Shown here: in pieces, positions 49,716 through 62,009 of the stretch
Layout of the letters: every line of letters starts with the position of its first letter
How positions within the stretch are numbered: position 1 is the stretch's first letter
Source: Chlorokybus atmophyticus
Lineage: Eukaryota; Plantae; Mesostigma and Chlorokybus algae
Direction of reading: 5' to 3'
Assembly (NCBI GenBank): GCA_009103225.1
Contig: RHPI01001965.1
Coordinates: forward strand, 449,114-513,113
Length of the DNA stretch: 64,000 nt
Program-made: the position numbers and the translations under genes
The notes under the pieces: generated by a model
Seen by the model: the letters and a program-made list of their open reading frames with translations, nothing else
Told to the model about the DNA's origin: nothing
Database searches by the model: none

Positions 49716-52700
49716 ATGACAAACGCCAATGCGGGGGCCGTGCTGGCCCGCCGCACGTCGTTCTGGCGCAGCCAGAAGCCTGCCATCGGCGAGACGGTGG
49801 AGGAAGAGGAGGACCAGGGAGAGGGAAAGGAGGGGGATGAGGCAGATGGGTTACAACAACAACAACAACAACAACAACAAGAGCAAGGAGACCATCATCA
49901 CCCCACTGGTGGCACCTCTGAGCTTGTGGCCTCTGCGCTTGCCGCCCTTGATGATGAGCGTCGCCGTGAAACCGAGTAAGTTTGTACTGACATTTTGTTG
50001 TTGCTATTAAGTAATCGACATCAATTTTATTTAAAAAAGACTACATAATCCAATGTACAGCTCATCTGTGTGAGTTGCAAATGCACATACAACGTGAGGG
50101 GCAACCTATTGCCACCTTCACATGACTATGTGCACGTTGTCAGTCACACAACGTTTCAGTAGTTGTGAATACACGATAGCATTGCAGAGGGTTGGATCCA
50201 CATGCAACTGGTGCTGGTTAACCAGTCTTTGAAATGAAGGTGTTTCAAGAATGATGCACGATGTTCACATGCTCGTGTTTAACAAACTGATTGTGCAGGC
50301 CTGGAGGGGATCGACGCGTGAGTACAAGCGACAGCATCACGGATTTCAACGCAAGCATTGGCCCAAACTCACGCAACTCAACAGTAAGAACTTCACCACA
50401 GTGTCACGCTTTCACCTGACTCAGTGCCATGCACAGATACACACACACTCCCCACCCACCCACCCACCCACCCTCCAGGTCCGTTTCCGCCGCTTCAACC
50501 GCTCCGCCACCATGATCCCCTCCTCCTCCTCCTCCTCCCCTTCCCCTCTGCCCTCCCGCCCCCCCTCCTCCCTCTCCCGCACCCTCCCTTCCTCAGATAC
50601 CAATAGTACCAATCCCAAGCCCGTCCTGGCCCGCACGGTGTCGAGTGCCTTGTCGCGGCCGGGCACGCCGCTGGGGGGCCAGTGGGAGCAGGGGAGGGAC
50701 GGCGCGGTGGAGTCGTGGCCGGGGAACGGGAAGCCGGAGTTCTTGACGAGGCTGGAGACGTTCGTGGGGAGGGAACTGGAGGCCAGAGGGTGAGGAGGGG
50801 GGACAGTTTGGGGGTTGTTGGTCATGGTGTTGGTTGGATTTGTGCGTGTGTGTGTGTGTGTGCTTGTGTGAAAGTGTTTCTAGTGTATGTGAGTTTGTGT
50901 ACGTGTACGTATACGTGTACGTGTACGTGTACGTGTGCATGTGTGTGGGCAGAGTAGTTGAGTGTGCGTGCGTGCGTGCGTGCGTGAGTTGGTAACGAGT
51001 GATTTACTCCAATCATCCTTTCATTCACTACGAATAGCTGTTAACTTAGTCACATAACAGGTGAATCCAGTCTGACTGATTGTGTCATTGTGACATCCAT
51101 CCCTCCATGTCCAGGTGCGACCGTCACGGTCCCGCGGACCCCCTCGGCTCCCGCCTCTCCGTCTTCTCCGAGGCCTTCTCCTACCTCATCAACTCGTTCG
51201 TGACGTACCAGCCTCTGTTACAAGAGATCAAGTCGGCGTACGACGCGCAGGTCGGGCTGGGGACCGCCGCGAGCGCGGAGCTGGGACGGTGCCGGGCGAG
51301 GCTCGCGACGGAAACGGCGGTGCATAAGAGGGATCTGGAACAGGCGCAGAGCACGCTGATGACGGCGGGGTCGCAGCATCAGTAAGGGAGGGGGAGTTGA
51401 GAGTGTGCACATGTGCACACGCATGCGTGCATGCGTGTGCACGTCTTTGCATGTGCACAGCTGGTCAGTGATTGTGTGTGGTCGTGGGTGATGTTCATGT
51501 CATTGCTGATGGATACGCATGATAGCACTGGCGCTATGTTGCTTTGCATACAATGTGGTACGATTACCGCACTGTATGTACCACAGGTAGTGACGGCTAC
51601 CAACAGTGGTTAGTCAATACCACTGTGTTCAATAACTTTACAGTAGTACCCAGAAGTCGACTGCCACTCCCTACTGCCTGACACAACTCGCTCAGGTCCG
51701 AGGCGGAGGCGCTAAAGGAGGAGCTGGCGCACATGCGCAAGGAGGTGGCGGAAGCGCGCAACGAGGGAGTCGAGAGGAGGCGGGAGCTTGAAGAACAAGT
51801 GGAAGAGCTCACGTAAGTGGGTTATGAGACATACACGTCACTAGTAAGAAAGTGCCAACCGATGTGCACGTGTGGCTTTCACTATAGAGACTCGCTTGCG
51901 CACATGGAGATCGACCTCAAGCGCGCGCACGAGGACAACAAGAAGGTCCTCTTCGCCATGTTCAAGGCAAGACACTGTGTTCCCATGGCAGTCACGCACA
52001 CGCGCACATACACACGCTTGCAACCCCGTGTGTTTATGCGAATCTTATCAGACCCATGCGCACTTGCGCGCACACGCATGCGCGCGCAGGCGTGTATACA
52101 CAAAACACTCTGTGCACACACATAACAAACACACTTCACCACCACCCATTACTATTCATTTTTTGCCCAACCATCTCTCTTGTACTCTCAGTCAAGGACG
52201 ACCAAGTCCGCTTCCCACACCCGCGAGCACCTCGTCCTTGCCGCCGGCGCCCAGGAGGCGCTGGAGTCGCTGGACGCGCTGGAGAATCGCGTGACCAAGG
52301 GGGTGCTGGCCGCGGTCGAGGAGAAGATGGGGGCGCTGGAGGAGAAGATGGGGGAGGTGGAGAGGGCGGGGGGGATAAGGAGCATACAACAGGTGAGGGG
52401 GAGGGGAGGATGGGATGATGGCGGTGATGATGATGTCGATGATGATGTTGATGTTGTCGTTCGACTTAAAGGGGCGTATGGCATGTATGTGCGTGTGTGC
52501 GAACACATGTACATAAACGCCATACCAGTGTGTGTGTGTACGTACGTGCACACGCGTACGCAGGCACGCACGCAGGCACGCACGCGCACTTACATAGAGA
52601 CATCGTTTATGTATTGCCATGAGCATGCACACCAGCAGTGGGTTCAAGACCTCGACCTGGTCCTCGCTCCCGACACACGCACACATAGAAGCACACAGAC

Positions 52701-55700
52701 AAGCGCAGACACGTGGTACCCGCACTTCATCACACCATCGTATGATGTAACAGGAGGCCCAGCTGGACGCCGTCCTGAAGCTCGCCTCCTCCGAGTTCGA
52801 CCGCACCGACCGCCTCGCCCGTCTCTGCGAGACCCTCCGTCAGGCCTCGGACCGCAAGACGCCCCGCCCGCAGTGGAGCGCCATGCCGGAGGAGGTGGAG
52901 GACCTGAGCATCAAGCACAAGCGGACGGCGGCGGTCATTGAGAGGTGAGTGGGATTGTGTCTCTGTGTGAGTGCATTGTGATGATGATGATGATACCCTC
53001 AGGTTGTATGCGGAGCTGTCGGCTGCAAGGGAGGAGTTGGGGCACCGGCGTAGGGCGACGGAGTCCGCGGTGAACCAACTGATGCAGGCGAGCGCGAACG
53101 CCAAGGTGGTGGAGGCGAGGGCGAGGGCGGAGCAGGAGGGGAGGGAGAAGGAAGTGGGGGAGTTGAGGGCGTCGGAATCGAGGCTGAAATGGGTGAGTAG
53201 GGATGGTCTGAGTGGCCCTGTGTGCCATGTACACAGGGCTCAGAACGTGTGCAAATGGTTAGTTGCACGCGCGCACACACGCACACATGGACAGGCACAG
53301 GCGCACATGCGGACGCATACGCATGCATGCACACAAACTCAAGCACCCATGCCCGTACACGCACGTGTACATAGACACATGTGTCTGACGCTGAATGTGC
53401 TTGACAGATTGTGGACGAGCTTTTCAGCCAGCTGACGGTGAAGGACGTAGCTGCAGCAAGCGAAAAGCTCAAGGTACACAGAACAGAGCAATGAACTCAT
53501 GGAGTGAGCAAACATATACTCAGCCCTTGCACTCAAGTGGGCTGCAGTAATTGCTTAATGGCACGGTTGTATCACGCTGGCAGTCACAATAACAGCTTGT
53601 GTCCTAACATTGCCACCGTGGCAGGCGCTGAAAGCCGAGACCAACATGTGGAAGCGTCGCGCGAACGAGTTATCCGCCGAGGCCGGCCGTCTCCAGACGC
53701 GTGTTCAGGAGCTCTCATCTCAACCGAGCTCCCCCGTCTCACCTCCCTCCAGCCCGCCCGCATGGCCTGACTCAACCACATCCACATCCACACAGCCACC
53801 CGCGTCATCACCAGTGGCTGAAAGCAGTAAAGAGAGAGAGTTATCGACCAAAGAGACGATGACGGATTTGGTCATGGGTACTGCTGCGACGGGAGCCATG
53901 CGACTTGTGGGTGTGGGGAGTCTGCGCGTGGTCCCGCCGCCACCTCCACCGCTCATCATGCGGTCATCGCCGAGGAAAGGAGGGACAAAAGAGCCCTCGA
54001 GTCCCAACACGCCCAACACGGATGTGTCGGTGTTGCCTTCGCCATCACCCGGCAGTCCAAACCGAGTGAGGAAAGGGTCTGCAGGTAAGAAGAAGAAAGG
54101 TGGTGGTGGGAAGAAGAGTGGGAAACATACGCCGGCAGCAGTGTCACCGCCATCGTCGCCGCCACCCACGCAACCAAAGACCAGGCCAGGCAGCGCCTCC
54201 GTGAGCACGCCGAAGGAGGACAAAGCCAAGCACAAGGAGGAGGACAAGGTGAAGAACAAAGAGGAGGAGGAGGACAAGGCGGGTGAGGGTGAGAGAGAGG
54301 GTGAAGATGAGGGTGAGGACAGCAGAGATGTGTTGGAGGGTGGAGAGAAGGAGGAGGATGGGGAGGAGGAGGTTGAGGTTGAGGAAGATGATGAGGACGA
54401 GGAGGAGAGGGAGAAGCAGCAGCAGCAGCTCATGGAGCAGTACGAGCAGATGGCAGCCGCTTACGAGGCCATGCAGCAGCAGCACGCGCTGATGCAGCAG
54501 CAGGCGGAGGAGTTGCAGCAGGAGATGATGGTGACGATGATGCAGCAGCAACAACAAGAGCAGAAGATACAACAGCAGCAGCAACAGATACAACAACAGA
54601 GAGACGTCGTCGGCAGCAGTAGCAGCCCAACGTCGCCATCGTCCTCACCGTCACCTCTCTTGCAGCAGCGTGTACACGCCGTGGAAGTGACGGCGGATGC
54701 CACGCAAACGAACCTCACGGGTGAGGTGGAGCAAGCCGCAGCCAAGACGGCAAAGCAAAGAGACCGGATACAGGTCCTGGAGGAAGAGGTGGAGAAGGCT
54801 GTCACGTCTGCGGAGAGGTGGCAGGCCAAGTGGCGGGACCTCAAGAACGTCCTGTAAGTGTGCACACTTGCTATTGAGCTTGGGTTGTCTGTGTGCGCGT
54901 GCAGGCGTGCCTGCGAGCACGTGAACGTGTGTGGGTGCGTGCCTGCATGCGTGTGCATGCGCATGCGGGTTTGCAGCGCATGAAAACTATGTGTCTGCCA
55001 GCCCGGAGGACTCTCCGATGGTGATGCTTCAGGAGCTTGAGGACGCCTTCAACGGCATCTCCGAGGCACCCGACAGCGGCGGCGGCAGCACCATGGACCC
55101 GTACAGCCAGCTCTCAGTCTTCCAGCGCCTCGAGACACGCGCCCGAGAACTCCTGCGCAGCATCCGAGGCCACCGCACCACGGTAACTGTCACACAAACA
55201 TACTCACGTGCGCGCGCACAGGCGCATGCGCATGCATACGCACAGGCACACACACAGAAGACATTCTATGTGTGTGTGTGCCTGCACGCGCACCCGCACG
55301 CGCGCGCGCGCGCACACACACACACACACATATCCGTCGCAGCCTCTGGACTTTGGGTCCGTCTTCGGCAACGATCCAGGAGGATCCGGAGGTGTCAACA
55401 ACACAACCTCCTCCTTGCCTCTTATGTCCAATCTTCACCCTCGTCCCGGTAGTCCCCCCTCTTCCTCTGCCTCCGCTATCGACCCGTGGGCGCGTGTCGG
55501 GACAGCCCCGTCAGCGTTGGGACCTCCTTCGACATCACTGCTCGGCAGTCGCGGAGGAGCTGGGATGGAAGGGAGTCTGTCTTCAACGATGCAGGAGCAG
55601 AGAGCGGGGATTAGGAGTGCCAGTCCGGGGAGCGGAGGGGTGTTCCAGTTTCAGATGAATGATCCGAGGATGGGCAATACCAACAAGCGCAACAACAACA

Positions 55701-56127
55701 ATGTTAGTAACAGCAGCGGCAATGCCGGGCTGGCGGATGCGTATGCGGCGGGTACTTTCAGACCCGCGCCCACGTGTAAGCTGCGATGAAAGCGTGCGTG
55801 CGTGTGTGCGTATGCATATGGGCGGGTGCATGTGTATGCGCGCGTGTGTATGTGTCATACTATACCAACATGCCAACTGATACACGTCTCGTCCCCTCCC
55901 TCTCTCCAGCCCCTGCGTTGCGCGCCTCCTCCGTGATGCTCCAAGCCCGCGCGATCCAGCACCGCCTAGCGGTCCTGGGTCTCGGACGCGCCCCGCTGCC
56001 GCGCGACAAGCACTCCTTCGCCGCGTTCCCGGACGGGATCGGAGGGGGAGGGGGAGGGGGAGCAGGGAATAAGAGATTGGCGGGGGCGCACGTGTTTGAG
56101 ACGCTGGAGTCACAGGTGAGACGAAAA

Positions 56128-56208
<81 letters not shown>

Positions 56209-57273
56209 NNNNNNNNNNNNNNNNNNNNNNNNNNNNNNNNNNNNNNNNNNNNNNNNNNNNNNNNNNNNNNNNNNNNNNNNNNNNNNNNNNNNNNNNNNNN
56301 NNNNNNNNNNNNNNNNNNNNNNNNNNNNNNNNNNNNNNNNNNNNNNNNNNNNNNNNNNNNNNNNNNNNNNNNNNNNNNNNNNNNNNNNNNNNNNNNNNNN
56401 NNNNNNNNNNNNNNNNNNNNNNNNNNNNNNNNNNNNNNNNNNNNNNNNNNNNNNNNNNNNNNNNNNNNNNNNNNNNNNNNNNNNNNNNNNNNNNNNNNNN
56501 NNNNNNNNNNNNNNNNNNNNNNNNNNNNNNNNNNNNNNNNNNNNNNNNNNNNNNNNNNNNNNNNNNNNNNNNNNNNNNNNNNNNNNNNNNNNNNNNNNNN
56601 NNNNNNNNNNNNNNNNNNNNNNNNNNNNNNNNNNNNNNNNNNNNNNNNNNNNNNNNNNNNNNNNNNNNNNNNNNNNNNNNNNNNNNNNNNNNNNNNNNNN
56701 NNNNNNNNNNNNNNNNNNNNNNNNNNNNNNNNNNNNNNNNNNNNNNNNNNNNNNNNNNNNNNNNNNNNNNNNNNNNNNNNNNNNNNNNNNNNNNNNNNNN
56801 NNNNNNNNNNNNNNNNNNNNNNNNNNNNNNNNNNNNNNNNNNNNNNNNNNNNNNNNNNNNNNNNNNNNNNNNNNNNNNNNNNNNNNNNNNNNNNNNNNNN
56901 NNNNNNNNNNNNNNNNNNNNNNNNNNNNNNNNNNNNNNNNNNNNNNNNNNNNNNNNNNNNNNNNNNNNNNNNNNNNNNNNNNNNNNNNNNACCCCCCACC
57001 CACCCACACAAGCACACACCACACTCTCTCTCACCCCCCCTCCTTCTCTCTCAGCAGCATCAGTTGGCTGAGCAAGCCCGTCTCCGCGCCCTCAGCAAGG
57101 CCGTCTCCTCGATCCTTGACAGCAACGGGGGCGTGATCGGAGTCGGCGCGCTGTCGTCGTCCTCCTCCCTCGCGGCGCTGCCTCACCAGCAGGGGCAGGG
57201 GCAGGGGCAGGGTGGAAGGGGGTCCTTGAGAGGGGGGGCGCTGAGGCCGTACAAGTCGTCGCAGCGGCTCTGA
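49716..57273 (+). CDS. Large multi-exon coiled-coil protein with a TSNAXIP1/CLHC1-like N-terminal domain (probably cilia-associated); spans an assembly gap
   Basis: KPEFLTRLETFVGREL...RLSVFSEAFSYLINSFVTYQPLLQEIKSAYD followed by long coiled-coil and low-complexity exons; exon structure only partly resolved. Confidence 0.65.
56209..56990. other. Assembly gap (N run)
   Basis: 782 N; a further 10-N gap at 46924-46933. Confidence 0.99.
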
Positions 57274-58082
57274 GGGGAAAGGAGGAGATGTGCAGGAGAC
57301 ATACAGACACTCGGGCGCCGCACGCGCGTGAGGAGAGACTCTCCGAGAGAGTGATGAGGGGCGTGATGGCGATGACTGAGCCTTTGACAACACGACGCGT
57401 TGTCTGAGCTGAGGTAAGCGAATGACGACGTTTCTTGAGGAGTGTTTGCTTTGATTGTTGTTGCTTCAATGCTATTGTTTTGGTAGAGCTTCAGTCCACC
57501 GACGATTGGCATGGAAGGCGTAACAACACTGCCGTGGACGGCGTATTGCTATTTGACTGACTTTGGATCGCTCTACCAGATTAAGCTGCCCAGGTAACCT
57601 ACCGCACGTGTCGGCATGCATAACACGCTTCATTTGTTGTATCCACCTGCCTAGAAAGTTGTCCTTGTGTGCAGCACAGCAAAGACTGCAAGCGTTGCCA
57701 ATGAGATCACAAGGACAGGCAGTGCTGACGGAAAGGCAGCAGTGAGGCGACTCAGACCACGGAGAACACTGGTAGATGCCCTTGAAGCGTTGCTACAACA
57801 TGATGGGGCTAGGTGCAGCGCAGTCACTGCAGGCATTGGTTTGAACGGAGCAACTGTTGTTGGGTTGGCAACGTGCCAGCCTAAGCATGTCATTTTGTGA
57901 GCACAAGCGCACTGTACAGTTGCACAAGGCGCAGAAGCAAATACACAGAAACAAGCTCTCCAGAAGGCAAGGCACCCCACAAACCAACATCCATAACTCT
58001 CAAAACCAACGTCCAAATATACAACTTTGCAACTTTGTGACAAGCGCTCACACGCACACATCAAGCGCGCCATCGTCAACTC

Positions 58083-61000
58083 TCAACCCTGCTTCCCGCA
58101 GTTCTCGTTGTGGTCGTTGTCCCCCTTCTTATAACTGCAGAATCGCACCTTTGCGGTGCCCCACCCTGCCGACACCTCCCCTCCCGCTGCTGATTTGGGT
58201 GCACCCTCACCCACAGCAGCAGTGATGGTTGCATCTACAGCATCGCCCTCGGCCTCCAGCTGAGCGTAGATCATCTGCTCCAGATCGTAAGAGTGGCCTG
58301 CGAGAAGTAGAGGTCGTGTTTGAGTGTGACATAAACGCTCAAATGCGTGCCCAAGCACATGCGCGCGCACATAGGCACACGCAGACGAGCGCACACTGTT
58401 TCTCCAAGATTCAGTGCCCACGCACGTGTGCATATGCACACGTGCACAGACACACACGCGCACGCATGCATGTGTGTGCATGCATCCGCGCGCGCACACA
58501 CAGGCGCACGCACCCATACAAAGGGGCACACAGGCACGCACACACGTGAAGGCACTTGCACAAGTACAAATCACCGACCCTTCTCACCTGGATACATAGA
58601 CTGCCTCCCCCCACTCCAATAATGGTACCTGACTCCCCTCTCCATCTCCACCAGATCCCCCGCCCCGAACCCGTACACGCTCACTTCGTCACACATCTGC
58701 ATCAGCACGTACAACGCCACAAACCCGCTCGACGGCGACGGCACGCGTTCCCCCTCCTCGCTCGTGATGACACCATGACAAAGCAGGCGGAGGCGGTAGG
58801 ACTGGAAGAGCTCCTTGGCGCGAGCGAGGAGAGAGCCTGATGCTTGGATGAAGGTCACATCGGGACGGGAGGAGAGGGAGTGGAGGACGCGACGGGACTC
58901 GGAGTCGGTGCTGCGAGTGGTGATGAGGACGACGTCCTCCTGGGACAGGAACGAATGCACAGTTGGAGTTTTGCGCACAATCGACGTAAGCAAGGTGGTA
59001 GAACAGGTAGTAGAATGCCAGCCACACGTGCACATCGCAGCCAGTAAAGAGTGGTTTTGTAACTGGTTGGCAGCAATATACACATACCAGTGCTCAGTCT
59101 GGCAGTATGCGCGTGTGCGCGTGCTTGTGTGTGGGTAAGTGCGAGCAAGCAGTGCATGCGTGTAGGTGTTACGTTTTGTCTCCGTGGGTGTTACTGCACC
59201 ACCACAAGTAGCCAACACTCACCTCCAAGGGCCTTCCGCGGGCTCCACGGCAGAACTCTGTGTTCGATGGTGGTCTGGAGTCATGCTTGGAGTTGCCATA
59301 CCTGAGCAGCAAGCACAACTCAACTGCAAGACCACAAACCCAAACCCCGTGCTCGCACATCAGAACCCAGCACGTCGTTCTGTGCCAGACCCTTCCCCTC
59401 CTCCACTGCTCCTCACCTTGTTCCCCACATGTGGTTGAGTATCCGCAGCGTGGTGCGTCTCCCGACGTACTTGTCGAAGCACGTGGCGGTGGGCGCCTCG
59501 TTGATCCGCGCGACGATCTCGTGGCTGTCGATCGCGGCGCCGAAATGGGTGTGGAGGAGGGCGCCCGAACTACCCGCCAGAGCACAACTCCTGGTGGATC
59601 CAACCCAGCTCATCAGTACAACGATTTTCCCACACGCATGTGCTCCCCCAAGTCATCTCTCTCGTGGTGTGTGGGTGTGGCTGTCTCTCCCGCGCATGCG
59701 CACATGCACGTGTCCGTGCGTGCATGCATGGGTACGCGCGTGCATGTGTGCATGCGTATGCATGCGTGTGCGCAGTGTATGTATAATCTTGCATGTGCTT
59801 GCAAATGCGTGTGCGCGTGCGCGTGTATGCCCGCGCAAACGCGTGTGTCTGCAGGGGGCGCGCGTGTATGCCTGTTCTTATTGACAGAGTGCACACATAT
59901 GCATGCTCATCCACTCACATCCGCCCCCTTCCCCCCCCCCCCCCCCCCCCCNCAAGCAATATTCTTGTGCATTGCTGCAATTGTAAAACACGTGCAAGAC
60001 TTGTTATGGCTACTCAATAATTCAACTATTTTTGTGTAATAAATTGCAAATTTGTAATGATTTTTTATCAACTACAATATCGGGTGACGGCCTTGCTTCC
60101 AATATTATCATAATCAAATGCAATCATGCTTTACTCGCAAGCTGGTTTCGCACCTGGTGATTAGATGATACCATTTTTATCGTAGTGCTATGATTCATTT
60201 GTGCTTCCGATAAACACATCTTGTCAAGTGGCACCATATAGTGCCTTAATAAGCATTGATACTGATGTTTGTTACTTAACATGCGAAAATGTTTATGCCT
60301 ACCGTATATTCAGTGAATTTTAGAAAACGATGGATACTCCATGGCATTACGGTCCTATGCACGAGCTATTATATCTAATGACGTCCTCAGATATTACGTA
60401 ATCAACGCATGAATACGGTCCAACGAGGCAATATGAAGTTTTAGCCAAATGTGGTGAACATTTGTGTAATGGTTGTTTGATTGAAGCCTCCCTCTTACTT
60501 CCATCTCTTCCTGGCCATCTCCCCCGCCGCCGCCTCCGGCCTGCTCCACTCCCACATCGCCCCGCGTCCGATCGTCCGGCCGGGCAGGCCGCCCAGCGAG
60601 GGGGTGGCGCCGCGGGGGAGACCCGGCTCGCAGAAGGGGGAGGGGTCGCGGTCGTCCGTCTCGGGGGGGGCCTGGAGCAAGGGGGAAGAGTGGGTGGGTG
60701 GGTGGGGGTGGGGTTTGACATGCGGTTCTAGGGTCGATGGTCAGCATGGGAGCTGTGTGCGCATGCGTGTGTGCGTGTGCCATGCGTTGCGTGTTTGCAC
60801 CGTCCGTCCCAAGATGCAATTGCAAGTCGAACTCAAACAGTGTTTGCAGAGTGTGTGTTGTAAGCGCAAAGGCGTGTATGCGCGTGCGCGCATACAAATG
60901 AGCACGCATGCGTGTCTTTGTAGACAAGTTGCCTCAAAACAACTCAACAATCACTTGGTATACTTGCGCATGCGAATGCGCCGTTTCGCCCGCAACAATA

Positions 61001-61235
61001 ACTCTTTGCTTGTAGCCAACACACAACACCTGTACACGCTAATCTAAAAGTCACTAGCAGTCATCCACACAAACAGACACACTCAGAATTCCATGGCATC
61101 TCCACGGTGCAGCAGCATCACGTTGATGCTACGTTTCAACTAACTCACATGCGGGTCAAACTCCTGCGCCCAGGCCCCTCCGCCACTCAACATCAGCGCC
61201 ACCCACGCCAGCAGCAGCAACCCCTTGGGCTCCAT
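58083..61235 (-). CDS. GT29 sialyltransferase-like glycosyltransferase, multi-exon
   Basis: N-terminal hydrophobic segment; L-motif CALAGSSGALL...GAAIDSHEIVARINEAP...VGRRTTLRILN; S-motif PSSGFVAL...MCDEVSVYGF; YHYW; VS-motif HSYDLE; 3' end approximate. Confidence 0.88.
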
Positions 61236-61270
61236 CTTTGCCGACAGGACACAGCTCCACGCCAGCGGCA

Positions 61271-61309
<39 letters not shown>

Positions 61310-61899
61310 ACGGAGTGGGGCTCACGTGGCCGGGGGGAAAGAATTCGGTTAAGTACAGCTGTTAGTGAACAGCAGATGCCTTTACCGCAGTTTGGCGTAA
61401 CCGCCGCCAACGGCCTGAACCACAGCTCACTATACACTGACTACGATTCGCAGTAGTGAACCGGCGGTTCCGTGAACCAAGGCTTCTGGTTCAGTGAGTC
61501 ACGTGAGTTGGCTCAATGCGGCTTCACTGCCACTTACGTGCCAATGGAAGGCATACACTGGACGGCAGCTCTACTTCTTCCTTTTCAGAGGACCCGTTGG
61601 CAGTGGGCCATTGGCAATGGGCCAAGTGCTTTGTCACATGTCACATCAACGTGGAGGACTTCTCAGTATAGTTCTAAGTGAAACCGATAGGCCCCATGCA
61701 CTAGGAGCAGTGAGGCGTTGCATGCAGCCGCAGACCAGAGGCTGACATGGCGGAGCGCAGTGCTTATTACACTGTTGAGCCTTGTGGAGTGGGGTTCAAT
61801 GGACTTCATGCTCAACATGAGGCCAGTCTTCTGTAGCAGACTTCTAGGCTGCTGCTGCTGCTGTACCATACAGCAGCAGCAGCAGCAGCGTTTATAGGC

Positions 61900-61907
61900 T
61901 ATAAATA
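61900..61907 (+). promoter_or_regulatory. TATA box of the glucanase gene
   Basis: TATAAATA about 110 bp upstream of the ATG at 62010. Confidence 0.6.
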
Positions 61908-62009
61908 GCTCCCTAAGGAGCAGAGAGTGTGTGCGTCCGTGTTGAGTGAAGTAGGTGTTGTGTTGTTGTTGAAGTTGCGTATTGTGTGATTAGTCTCTCT
62001 CTCTTTGGA

